Positions 9,152 through 18,181 of a stretch of 64,000 nucleotides of DNA are shown here, in pieces. Source of the DNA: Patescibacteria group bacterium (GTDB taxonomy: Bacteria > Patescibacteriota > CPR2 > UBA1875 > CAIMLA01); NCBI GenBank assembly GCA_041738615.1, contig JBGSPL010000004.1:65203-129202 (forward strand). The letters run 5' to 3'. Within the stretch, counting starts at the first letter, position 1, and each line of letters begins with the position of its first letter. The notes under the pieces were generated by a model that saw only the letters and a list, made by a program, of their open reading frames with translations, searched no databases and was not told where the DNA came from. The translations under genes were made by a program, and so were the position numbers.

Positions 9152-9204
9152 GGGGTCCCCTAAAATTCGAAGCATTTTAGGGGAGGAGGAAGTGCAGTGA
9201 CAGG
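9152..9204 (+). repeat. tRNA-upstream conserved hairpin element, copy 1 (GGGGTCC - 10-bp hairpin - AGGAGGAAG.GCAG), 53 nt upstream of tRNA-Gly
   Basis: cccctaaaat/attttagggg perfect stem; homologous copies at 9430..9480 and 24070..24122 with covarying stems. Confidence 0.5.
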
Positions 9205-9256
9205 GCGTAGTAAATATCAATTAGTATTTACGGAGCGCGATAGCTCGTACTGAAGC

Positions 9257-9330
9257 GCGGGTATAGTTTACCGGTAGAACGTGACCTTCCCAAGGTCGAG
9301 AAACGGGTTCGATTCCCGTTACCCGCTCCA
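9257..9330 (+). tRNA. tRNA-Gly (anticodon CCC)
   Basis: Acceptor GCGGGTA/TACCCGC, anticodon stem TGACC/GGTCG, loop ttCCCaa, T-loop GGGTTCGATTCCC, CCA encoded. Confidence 0.9.
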
Positions 9331-9429
9331 GCGTCAGCGTAAGCTGACGCACTACACGAGTTAGCCAAAGGCTAATCATTTCGTGCTATCGCACGCCTCC
9401 TTTTCCGAGAAAACCTTGCGGTTTATCTC

Positions 9430-9480
9430 GGGGACCGACAAAAATGAAGTTTTTGTCGGAAGAGGAGGAATCGCGGCAGG
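9430..9480 (+). repeat. tRNA-upstream conserved hairpin element, copy 2 (GGGGACC - hairpin ccgacaaaaa/tttttgtcgg - AAGAGGAGGAA.GCGGCAGG), 53 nt upstream of tRNA-Thr
   Basis: Same architecture and flanks as copies 1 and 3. Confidence 0.5.
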
Positions 9481-9532
9481 ATGAAGACGTTGAATTTCTT
9501 CAATCGTCGGAATCCGAAAGCGGATTCCGACG

Positions 9533-9607
9533 TGCCGATGTAGCTCAGGGGTAGAGCAGCACTTTCGTAAAGTGTTGGTCGGTGGTTCGATTCCACTCAT
9601 CGGCTCC
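9533..9607 (+). tRNA. tRNA-Thr (anticodon CGT)
   Basis: Acceptor GCCGATG/CATCGGC, D-arm AGCTCAGGGGTAGAGC, anticodon loop ttCGTaa, T-loop GGTTCGATTCC, discriminator U, CCA encoded. Confidence 0.9.
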
Positions 9608-9646
9608 AGTAATATCATTTGAAGTTGGATTGGAATATAATACAGA

Positions 9647-10043
9647 TATGTCGAAGCTTACGAAATTATTTGAAAAGTATCGGACAAAAGCAATCCATGA
9701 TTTTGGGACTTCTTTTTATCATGATCCTGTGATGTTAGGGATGGCCTCTCTATTTGTGGTGCAATTAGTTTCATTACTGCTACTCCTAATATTCCGTGTG
9801 CAACCCGGGTCCGTTGTGCCACTTACCTACAATGTAGTTTACGGGGTTACCTATTCGTCTACATGGTTTGGGCCGTATTATTATCTTCTAGCTCTTGCTG
9901 GTTTTGGAGTGATCAACTATCTGATTGCATGGGCTTACTTTGACAAGGAGCGCCTGCTTTCTTACCTGATTGCGTGCGTGAACATCTTACTAGCGGCACT
10001 GATGATCTTATACATCTTTAACCTTACCGCCCTGGTCTCGTAA
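9647..10043 (+). CDS. small polytopic membrane protein co-transcribed with GT2 glycosyltransferase (stop overlaps next start, taATGa)
   Basis: Start taken at ATG 9647 (MSKLTKLF...) because the ORF-track start at 9582 lies inside tRNA-Thr. Confidence 0.5.
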
Positions 10044-11671
10044 TGAAGAAAGACCTTGTAGATAACCGAGTATTTACCCGATTTTTGGAGATTGCGCCCG
10101 GCTTTGTGGCGCTTTCTTACCTTATTCTACCTTTTCTATTGGCTCCGACTTTCCCTATAGTAGTCGCGTATTTCATCTTGGCTTTTAACTTTTACTGGTT
10201 TATAAAGGCCATAAATATCATGAGGCATATGATAAACGGTTTTAGGCACATGTGGCACGATATGAAGGTGGATTTTCTGTCTCGCGCCAAGTTGGCCACG
10301 AGTAATCCCGCCAAGCTAGAAAAGGAGCTGCGGGATAAGTACGAGAAGAGCAACAATCGTCTGGATTATTTGGACTGGTTGGAGTTTTCGCATCTCGAGG
10401 GTAGATACGACAACATCAAAAACTGGGAAGACGTCTATCAAGTTGTCTTTGTTACTAACTATCAGGAAGAGTATTACATCACGGAATCTACTTTTCAGGC
10501 ACTGAAGGACTCTAATTTTCCGAACGATAGAATCATCGTGGTATCCTGCGGCGAAAAGCGTGATGAAGAAAACTACCTTCAGGTCCAGGCCGAGATCGAA
10601 AAGAATTTTGGCGGGGTATTCCGCGACATGCATTTCTACATGCACGATGTAATGCCGGATGAGGTCATCGGCAAAGGTGGAAATCTCTACTCAGCCATGA
10701 CTAAATTCTACAAGGTATTTAAGGAAAAATATTCTGACGTTCGTCCTGAGAACGTGATTTGCACGACCCTCGACGGAGACCATATCCCGCACAAGGAGTA
10801 CTTTGCAGAGATCACCTATAAGCACATCATCGATCCCGACCGCGATCGAAAGACCTACCAGCCAAATATACTAATGTTCAACAATATTTGGGACGCTCCG
10901 TCTCCAAGCCGAGTGTTAGCGGTAGCTTCTAGTTTTTGGCAGATGGTGGAGTCGATGCGACCTTACCGTTTGCGTACATTTGCTTCCCACTCGCAGAGCC
11001 TAGCTACGCTAATCACTACAGATTTTGTATCGCGATATACAATCGTTGAGGATGGCCACCAGTATTGGCGCACCTACTTTGCATTTAACGGAAATCACGA
11101 GATGATGCCGATATATGTTCCGATTTATCACGACACAGTACTGGGGAACAACTTCTGGGAGACGCTCAAGAATCAATACAAACAGCGCCGCCGCTGGGCT
11201 TGGGGCATCTCGGACTTTCCATTTATCATCAAAAACTATATGCGCCACCCAGAAATCCCTTTTTGGGAGAAGTTTATACAGACCTACCGCCATGTCGCAG
11301 GGCACATCTCTTGGTCCACCTCGTCTTTCCTACTGGCCTTTGCCTGGATACCCCTCCTTTTTAACAGTTCTTTTCAAGACACAGTGCTTGCACATAATGT
11401 ATCTATCTATAGCTCGATGATGCTCAAACTGGCCTGGATTGCGGTCTTTGCCAACGCCTGGCTCTACTTCCTGCTTCTGCCACCGCTACCAAAGCGCTTC
11501 GAGAAAACGCGAGTTCTGCGCTATGCCGGAATGGTCTTCCAGTGGGCGATTGCTCCCTTTGTACCGATATTACTTTCATCATTACCTGCCCTAGAGTCGC
11601 AGATTCGGTTAATGTTTGGGCAAAGCCTAAATGTTTTTTGGACGACACCGAAGGTCCGCGGCAGGGACTAG
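10043..11671 (+). CDS. family 2 processive glycosyltransferase (cellulose-synthase-like)
   Basis: N- and C-terminal TM helices, TLDGDH (DxD-like) and QRRRW (Q.xRW) motifs. Confidence 0.8.
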   Translation: MKKDLVDNRVFTRFLEIAPGFVALSYLILPFLLAPTFPIVVAYFILAFNFYWFIKAINIMRHMINGFRHMWHDMKVDFLSRAKLATSNPAKLEKELRDKYEKSNNRLDYLDWLEFSHLEGRYDNIKNWEDVYQVVFVTNYQEEYYITESTFQALKDSNFPNDRIIVVSCGEKRDEENYLQVQAEIEKNFGGVFRDMHFYMHDVMPDEVIGKGGNLYSAMTKFYKVFKEKYSDVRPENVICTTLDGDHIPHKEYFAEITYKHIIDPDRDRKTYQPNILMFNNIWDAPSPSRVLAVASSFWQMVESMRPYRLRTFASHSQSLATLITTDFVSRYTIVEDGHQYWRTYFAFNGNHEMMPIYVPIYHDTVLGNNFWETLKNQYKQRRRWAWGISDFPFIIKNYMRHPEIPFWEKFIQTYRHVAGHISWSTSSFLLAFAWIPLLFNSSFQDTVLAHNVSIYSSMMLKLAWIAVFANAWLYFLLLPPLPKRFEKTRVLRYAGMVFQWAIAPFVPILLSSLPALESQIRLMFGQSLNVFWTTPKVRGRD

Positions 11672-11724
11672 CTGGAACTAAAAATAGCTACTGATTCCTT
11701 TGCAATCAGTGGTACAATATAGTC

Positions 11725-12057
11725 ATGGATGAGAGAAACTTTTCTAATATTTTTCGCAAAGCTACCGGGCACTTTTTTTGCCCGGCTTGTGGTAGTAAAT
11801 ACAGCGGGACCGAGATTGAATCTATCGAAAGACATGAACAGGGATATTTAGTATCCGTAGCTTGTGCCAGCTGTAAGCTAAAGCTCTCGATGCAGGTGGT
11901 GACAAAAGGCTTTGGACCAGCCGCAGAAAGCACAGACTTCGACGATGCTGACATTTCGGTGGACGAGATTATCGATTTTCATGAAAGACTAAAAACCTTT
12001 GATGGTAATTTTAGGCGAGTTTTTACCTCTAGGATTGACCAAAACCGCTTATTTTGA
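11725..12057 (+). CDS. hypothetical zinc-ribbon protein (CPAC...CASC)
   Basis: 110-aa ORF with two Cys pairs. Confidence 0.4.
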   Translation: MDERNFSNIFRKATGHFFCPACGSKYSGTEIESIERHEQGYLVSVACASCKLKLSMQVVTKGFGPAAESTDFDDADISVDEIIDFHERLKTFDGNFRRVFTSRIDQNRLF

Positions 12058-12158
12058 TAGAATGAGTCAGCTGAAGTGTAACTTCGGCTTATTTCTTAGC
12101 TTAGAATTTACTTTATAAACATCACACTTTATAGCTGAAGTGACCGGAAGGAACGATA

Positions 12159-12848
12159 ATGGGCGAAAAAGAGAAACTAGTTGCAAAAGAGAGAACTGTT
12201 AAGGGTAAGCAAGTACGAGCACTCAGAAATGCCGGGCTTACACCTGTTGTAATCTATGGTAACGATCGTAAACCAGTAGCGCTAGAGGTGAATTCACACG
12301 ACTTCGCATTGCTTTATCGTAAGGCTGGAGGTAACACCATCGTGGCTATGGATATCGAAAAAGAAGACGGCACTAAAGAGCGCAAGAACGTACTGATTCA
12401 CGAAGTTGCGATTGATGGTGTCAAGGGACACATCCTTCATGCTGATCTTTTGCAGATCAACATGAAAGAGAAGCTTACAACAAATATTCCGCTGAAGTTC
12501 GTAGGTGATTCCCTGGCAGTTATCGACTTGCAGGGTTCACTCCTCGAGGCTCTAGACGAGATTGAAGTAGAGTGTCTGCCATCTGACCTTCCTCACGAAA
12601 TCGAGGTTGACCTTGCATCTCTTGTAGACTTCGACGCCGTGATTCACGTTTCTGACATTGTGGTACCCGAGGGTGTCACCGTTCTTACCGACCCAGAGGC
12701 TACCGTAGCTCACGTAGAGGCTCCACGTAGTGACGAAGAGCTCGAAGAGCTAGAGGAAACCCCGGAGGCCCCAGAAGCACCAGAGAGCGAGCATGGTGAA
12801 GCCGAGGAGGCCACAGAGACAACTGAAGGCGAAGCAAAAGCCGAATAG
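12159..12848 (+). CDS. rplY: 50S ribosomal protein L25/general stress protein Ctc, with acidic C-terminal tail
   Basis: TVKGKQVRALRNAGLTPVVIYG... L25 signature; SD ggaagg 8 nt upstream. Confidence 0.85.
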   Translation: MGEKEKLVAKERTVKGKQVRALRNAGLTPVVIYGNDRKPVALEVNSHDFALLYRKAGGNTIVAMDIEKEDGTKERKNVLIHEVAIDGVKGHILHADLLQINMKEKLTTNIPLKFVGDSLAVIDLQGSLLEALDEIEVECLPSDLPHEIEVDLASLVDFDAVIHVSDIVVPEGVTVLTDPEATVAHVEAPRSDEELEELEETPEAPEAPESEHGEAEEATETTEGEAKAE

Positions 12849-12862
12849 CAGAGATTTGATAC

Positions 12863-12893
12863 AAAACCGCCCCTATACACTGGGGCGGTTTTT
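12863..12893 (+). terminator. intrinsic terminator after rplY
   Basis: ccgcccc-tatacact-ggggcgg followed by ttttt. Confidence 0.8.
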
Positions 12894-12910
12894 GATTATA
12901 ATTATTCGTA

Positions 12911-13984
12911 ATGAAACTATCTCTACCAAATCTCCGCCAAATCAAGGGATTTCTATACAAATACCGCATAAGTGTGGCGATTATCTTCGTGGCCCTTGTT
13001 GTAGCCGGAGGGGCTACAGGATATGGGTTAACCAGAAATATCTCAGTTGATTTCGGACCGCTGAAACTCAAAGAGAAGGTGGAGACTAGGGTCCCAGCAC
13101 CGCTCACCGGTGAGCTCGTGGATCCAGCAGTAATCACAAAACGCCCAATCGCTGTGGTTATCGAGAACCATCCAGACGCAAGGCCACAGAGCGGTTACAA
13201 CGACGCTGACATTGTCTATGAGACCCTAGCCGAAGGTGGGATTACTCGCACTTTGGCAATTTTCCAGTCCAAGAGCAGTACCGAGATTGGGCCGGTTCGT
13301 TCGGCTAGGTCGTATTTTGTAGACTGGCTGACCGCCTACGGGGCACTTTTTGGTCATGTCGGTGGTAATGCTGACGCACTTGATTTGGTTTCGCAGATAG
13401 GGGTCGCTGATCTTAACCAATTCTACAACGGAGGAAACTATTGGCGCTCCGCTGATCGATACGCCCCTCACAATGTCTATACAACCACAGACAAACTCTA
13501 TGCAGCCGCCAAGGCAAACAATCTCTCAACTTCGGCGATAGTTGCGGGGCTCAAGTTCAAGAAAGATGTTGCCGAGAAGGATCGTCCGGCAAGCCAGGAT
13601 GTCAACATTGAGTTTTCATATGACGATTTCACTGCGGGCTACAGCTATGTGCCCAAAACCAATACGTATTTGCGCTCAAACGGAGGTGTGGCTGCCAAGG
13701 ACAAGAACACGGGCGCGCAGATTGCACCCAAGAACGTCATCGTAGAATTCACCTCCATCGTGCCTTATATAAACTACGCTGCAGAGCAGGGAGTGCGAAT
13801 TACGGATATTGGAAGCGGTTCGGGATACCTTTTTCAGGACGGCAAGACGACGAAGATTACTTGGACGAAGAGCTCAAGAGAAGCGCGGACAAAGTATGTT
13901 GACGAAACTGGCAAGGAAATTGAGCTTAATCCTGGGCAAACCTGGATTGAGGTAGTCCCTACCGGAAATAGTGTGACTTTCTAA
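12911..13984 (+). CDS. DUF3048 domain-containing lipoprotein-like protein (YerB-like)
   Basis: N-terminal TM/signal anchor; AVVIENHPDARPQSG...ADIVYE..EGGITR motifs typical of DUF3048. Confidence 0.65.
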   Translation: MKLSLPNLRQIKGFLYKYRISVAIIFVALVVAGGATGYGLTRNISVDFGPLKLKEKVETRVPAPLTGELVDPAVITKRPIAVVIENHPDARPQSGYNDADIVYETLAEGGITRTLAIFQSKSSTEIGPVRSARSYFVDWLTAYGALFGHVGGNADALDLVSQIGVADLNQFYNGGNYWRSADRYAPHNVYTTTDKLYAAAKANNLSTSAIVAGLKFKKDVAEKDRPASQDVNIEFSYDDFTAGYSYVPKTNTYLRSNGGVAAKDKNTGAQIAPKNVIVEFTSIVPYINYAAEQGVRITDIGSGSGYLFQDGKTTKITWTKSSREARTKYVDETGKEIELNPGQTWIEVVPTGNSVTF

Positions 13985-13985
13985 C

Positions 13986-15413
13986 ATGAATAAATATTCA
14001 CTCAAACAGATAGAACGTAAATTCAGCATCCCAGTGCGCAAACTGACCTACTTAATACGCAAGGACCTTCTGGAGCCAGTGGTAGATGAGGGGCACCTGC
14101 TTATATCAGAAGGTGAAATCAAGCGATACTTGTCACTCTCCAATGACGTTAAGCGCAAGCATCAGGATTCCTTTCTAAAAACTTTGGGCCCAGGCATAAT
14201 CACTGGAGCCTCGGACGATGACCCGTCTGGTATCGGTACTTACTCTTCTGTGGGTGCGCAGTATGGGTTGGGGCTTACCTGGCTTTCACTTTACCTGCTA
14301 CCAATGAATACAGCAGTGCAAGAAACCGTAGCCCGTATTGGCATTGTTACCGGCAAGGGTCTCGCAGGCGTTATTGGGAAGCATTATAGCAAAAAGATTC
14401 TTTATGTTTTGATTTCACTGCTCGTGATTGCGAATACTATCAATATTGGTGCCGACATTGGGGCTATGGTGGCCTCATTCCAGTTGCTCGTTCCGATAAA
14501 CTTTGTGCTGGGTGCCGTGGCGCTAACAGTGAGCATGTTGCTTCTAGAAGTGCTGTTTTCCTATCATCGCTATGCCAAGATACTCAAATGGCTCACCGTT
14601 TCACTATTTGCCTACATTATCACTGGTATCATCATTCACCCAGATTGGATTGCAGTGGGCACCAGCATGGTACTGCCAAAGATAATTCTAGATACTTCAT
14701 TCTTGGCCGCCCTTGTGGCTGTGATGGGGACCACCATCTCTCCATATCTCTTTTTTTGGCAAGCCTCAGAGGAAGTAGAGGAAGAGCGGGATAAGGGAGT
14801 GCTGGCCGATCATCATGTGCTTGCATATCGTAGGGAAATTAAGGCGATGCGCAAGGATACATTTACCGGTATGGCTTATGCGAATGTAGTATTTCTTTTT
14901 ATCGTGATTACAACAGCTTTTGTCCTGAACGCTAATGGGATTACCCATATAGATTCAGCCGCAGAAGCAGCCATGGCCCTAAAGCCGCTCGCGGGCGATT
15001 TTGCATATCTTCTCTTCACTATCGGCATCTTTGGTGTTGGTTTGCTTGCCGTTCCGGTACTTGCCGGTTCTTCGGCCTACGCAATTTCTGAAGTTTTGGG
15101 TTGGAAAGAAGGTCTAAATAAAAAGTACAGCAAAGCCAAGGGTTTTTATGGGGTAATTATCGCTTCTATGCTTGTAGGCCTTGCGATCAACTTTATCGGC
15201 ATTAATCCGATAAAAGCGCTTTACTATGCAGCGATTGTAAACGGGCTGGCTTCGCCGATGCTCATGTATTTCATCTTCAAGATTGGCCGTAACCAGAAAG
15301 TTATGGGAGAGTTCACTAGTCCTAGGTGGGTAAACTTCTGGGGAAATATCGCTACCGTTCTGATGGGAGTTTCTGCCGTTACCCTGATTATATTTTCTTT
15401 GCTAGGGATATAA
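13986..15413 (+). CDS. NRAMP-family divalent metal cation transporter with about 50-aa N-terminal HTH-like extension
   Basis: GPGIITGASDDDPSGIGTYS signature, about 11 TM helices. Confidence 0.8.
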   Translation: MNKYSLKQIERKFSIPVRKLTYLIRKDLLEPVVDEGHLLISEGEIKRYLSLSNDVKRKHQDSFLKTLGPGIITGASDDDPSGIGTYSSVGAQYGLGLTWLSLYLLPMNTAVQETVARIGIVTGKGLAGVIGKHYSKKILYVLISLLVIANTINIGADIGAMVASFQLLVPINFVLGAVALTVSMLLLEVLFSYHRYAKILKWLTVSLFAYIITGIIIHPDWIAVGTSMVLPKIILDTSFLAALVAVMGTTISPYLFFWQASEEVEEERDKGVLADHHVLAYRREIKAMRKDTFTGMAYANVVFLFIVITTAFVLNANGITHIDSAAEAAMALKPLAGDFAYLLFTIGIFGVGLLAVPVLAGSSAYAISEVLGWKEGLNKKYSKAKGFYGVIIASMLVGLAINFIGINPIKALYYAAIVNGLASPMLMYFIFKIGRNQKVMGEFTSPRWVNFWGNIATVLMGVSAVTLIIFSLLGI

Positions 15414-15414
15414 G

Positions 15415-16152
15415 ATGATTGGTATCTTTGACTCTGGTGTTGGTGGTCTATCCATATATTGTGAGCTCAAGAAGCTAGCTCCACAGCTTTCAATCGTTTA
15501 CTTTGCCGACAGCGCCAATTTTCCCTATGGGGAGAAGACCCAGGCGGAATTGCTTGCAGTGTCCTCGTCTGCTACAGAGCGATTGATCTCGATGGGAGTG
15601 GGTACGATCGTAGTAGCTTGCAATAGTGCCACGGTTTCGACTATCGCGGAACTCAGGGAGCGATATCCTAAGGTTGCCTTTATCGGAGTGGAGCCTGCAA
15701 TCAAAGTAGCAACAGAACAGCTCAAGTCTAAGAGCATTGGCCTTTTAGCCACGAAGAAAACCGTAGTTACGCATGATTCAGACAAGCTGGCTGCTGGGGG
15801 GCAAGTATATAGGCATTGGGATTCGGCCCTGATTGATAGAATTGAAAATCATTTTCACGAGATTACAAGGCAGGATTTACAGATTGCAACGTTGCCCCTC
15901 ATACAGAAACGGGTAGATACTATTGTGCTCGGGTGTACCCATTTTTACTTTGTGAAAGAACGTTTTATACATGAGTTTCCTGAGCTCTCATTTGTGGAAG
16001 CAGCGGAGGCTGTAGCGAAGAGGGCACTGAATATTGGGGGAGTAGATAGCGAAGACCAAGTAATATTCCTCGTGTCTGGAGACCAAGCGAGGTTTACTGA
16101 TTTTGTAGAAAATGTAGTAGGATATAAGCATGCAGATATCAGAAAAGTATAA
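15415..16152 (+). CDS. murI: glutamate racemase
   Basis: IGIFDSGVGGLS, ACNSA, GCTHF motifs. Confidence 0.9.
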   Translation: MIGIFDSGVGGLSIYCELKKLAPQLSIVYFADSANFPYGEKTQAELLAVSSSATERLISMGVGTIVVACNSATVSTIAELRERYPKVAFIGVEPAIKVATEQLKSKSIGLLATKKTVVTHDSDKLAAGGQVYRHWDSALIDRIENHFHEITRQDLQIATLPLIQKRVDTIVLGCTHFYFVKERFIHEFPELSFVEAAEAVAKRALNIGGVDSEDQVIFLVSGDQARFTDFVENVVGYKHADIRKV

Positions 16153-17491
16153 AGACAAGCGGGTTTGTGTCCTCGGTTTTGGCGCCGAAGGGCAGGCGAC
16201 CTTTGAGTACCTGAAGCAGCATGAGATAGCTGCAGCGATTTGTGACGCATTGCCGGAAGAGGAATTTGCTACAAAACATCCAGAGTATGTAAATGAGAAA
16301 CTCCACCTGGGTGGTGGTTATATCCAGCAGTCAGTGAAGTACGATGTTGTCTTCAAGACCCCCGGGATATCTCCTTTGCGGGCGGAGCTGGTTGCGGCTA
16401 CTGAACGCGGAGTGGTGGTTACTAGTCAACTCCAGGAATTCCTTGAGCTCTGTCCTTGCCCAGTAATCGGCGTGACGGGGACCAAAGGTAAGGGAACTAC
16501 CTCGACAATCATTCACGATTGTCTACTTGCCGCCGGTCAGGATGTTTACTTCGGCGGGAATATTGGGAACCCAGCGATTTCTTTTCTGGATGATCTCAAT
16601 GATATCTCGACGGTAGTACTGGAACTTTCCTCTTTCCAGTTGCAAGTACTTACCAAGAGTCCGCAGATTGCAGTGCTACTCAATGTGACTAGTGAGCACC
16701 TCGACTACCACGAGGATACCTCGGAGTATAGGGACGCAAAGATTAATATACTTAGATTTCAAGATCCTGCAGATACGGCTATCATCAACGCAGATTATGA
16801 AGTACCACAAGAGATGGCTAGCCAGGGATCGGCAGGCAAGCTATATTTCAGTAAAGAGAAGGCTGTTAGGGGTTGTTACGTCGATAGCAGTGACGACATT
16901 GTCTTGGACTACGAAGGGACACATGCGGTGTTGGCAAATGCTTCGGAGATGCGACTGAGAGGTAGACATAACTTGGAAAACATAACTGCAGCGAGCCTCG
17001 CGGCCTCGGTTGCCGGAGTTCCTACCGAGACGATATCTAGGGTGATAAAGAATTTTGTCGGCCTGGAACATCGTTTGGAGCTAGTGCGTGAGGTTCAAGG
17101 CGTACGGTACTACAATGATTCATTCTCTACAGTACCGGAAACCGCGATAGCAGCGCTCGACAGCTTCCCTGAACCTATAGTACTTATCGCTGGGGGGAGC
17201 AGCAAAAATTCTGATTACACTGAGCTTGGAAAAAAGATTTCGGAGGCAAACATTCGGGGGCTTATCCTGATCGGCGCCACTGCAAAAGAAATAGAGCAGT
17301 CACTAGTCCCTGGTCTCAGCTTTCCTATCGTCCGGAATTTAGAAAACATGACTGACATTGTGATGGCAGCACGAGATGCGGCGAAGCTAGGCGATATCGT
17401 CTTACTTTCTCCTGCCTGTGCGTCCAAGGGGCTCTTCCTAAACTACAAGGATAGGGGCAACCAGTACAAGGAAGCTGTAAGAAAACTCTAA
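16130..17491 (+). CDS. murD: UDP-N-acetylmuramoyl-L-alanine--D-glutamate ligase
   Basis: GVTGTKGKGTT P-loop, GLEHRLE motif, Mur ligase domain order. Confidence 0.9.
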   Translation: MQISEKYKDKRVCVLGFGAEGQATFEYLKQHEIAAAICDALPEEEFATKHPEYVNEKLHLGGGYIQQSVKYDVVFKTPGISPLRAELVAATERGVVVTSQLQEFLELCPCPVIGVTGTKGKGTTSTIIHDCLLAAGQDVYFGGNIGNPAISFLDDLNDISTVVLELSSFQLQVLTKSPQIAVLLNVTSEHLDYHEDTSEYRDAKINILRFQDPADTAIINADYEVPQEMASQGSAGKLYFSKEKAVRGCYVDSSDDIVLDYEGTHAVLANASEMRLRGRHNLENITAASLAASVAGVPTETISRVIKNFVGLEHRLELVREVQGVRYYNDSFSTVPETAIAALDSFPEPIVLIAGGSSKNSDYTELGKKISEANIRGLILIGATAKEIEQSLVPGLSFPIVRNLENMTDIVMAARDAAKLGDIVLLSPACASKGLFLNYKDRGNQYKEAVRKL

Positions 17492-17559
17492 AGTTCAAAA
17501 TATTTATACAATATAAGCACAAAGTACTAGACAAAACCGAACAATATTATTATAATGCG

Positions 17560-17575
17560 AATAATAATAGTTACC
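17560..17575. promoter_or_regulatory. perfect 6-bp-arm palindrome GTTACCttgtGGTAAC between -10 (tataat 17541..17546) and SD of the wHTH regulator gene; candidate autoregulatory operator
   Basis: seen directly in sequence. Confidence 0.4.
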
Positions 17576-17599
17576 TTGTGGTAACAAAGTGAGGTAAAG

Positions 17600-18181
17600 A
17601 TGTACGATACATTATTTGGTTCAAAAACTCGGGTAAAGCTACTGGCACTACTACTTACTAGCTCTGGGCGTTCTTTCTACGTTCGCGAGCTCACTAGAGC
17701 AATCGAGGAGCAGATTAATTCAGTACGTAGGGAACTTTTGAATCTCAAGTCTCTGGGAATTGTAAAATCTCATGAGAAACGCGGCAAGGTCTATTATGAA
17801 GCAAATACCAAGTATGCGGCTTACCCAGAACTGAAGAAGATGTTTGAAAAGGCCGAGAAGGGTCTGGGTGCTGATGACAAGCTGGCTAGCGCACTGCGTC
17901 GAGCTGGGGATGTTCAGTATGTGGCCCTGATGGGTGCTTTCGTTGGTGATAACAGTTCTCAGGTTGATATCTTTATCGTCGGTGAGATTGACAAACGCAA
18001 GCTCAAGCCGGCACTGAACGATTTGGAGAAAGAGATCGGCCGAGAAGCAAACTATTGCATTATGGGTGAAGCAGAGTTCGAGGATCGCTCAATGCTCTTT
18101 GATCGCTTTATCACTGAGACCATGGCGAAGCCAAAGAAGGTTATCATTGATTACCTAAAGACCGCTGAAGAGGGGGAGTAA
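17600..18181 (+). CDS. winged-helix transcriptional regulator-like protein
   Basis: N-terminal wHTH-like segment (FYVRELTRAI...SVRRELLNLKSLGIV). Confidence 0.45.
   Translation: MYDTLFGSKTRVKLLALLLTSSGRSFYVRELTRAIEEQINSVRRELLNLKSLGIVKSHEKRGKVYYEANTKYAAYPELKKMFEKAEKGLGADDKLASALRRAGDVQYVALMGAFVGDNSSQVDIFIVGEIDKRKLKPALNDLEKEIGREANYCIMGEAEFEDRSMLFDRFITETMAKPKKVIIDYLKTAEEGE

Noticed and set aside
9481-9543. 20-aa ORF (MKTLNFFNRRNPKADSDVPM) between the conserved element and tRNA-Thr, and an 18-aa GTG ORF after element copy 1
   Set aside because: The SD-like purine tract is part of the conserved repeat flank. Copy 3 has no equivalent ORF, so coding is not conserved across copies, and the ORF would overlap the tRNA 5' end.
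9582-9646. ORF-track start at 9582 for the membrane protein
   Set aside because: Codons 1-9 overlap the 3' end of tRNA-Thr; the internal ATG at 9647 was used instead.
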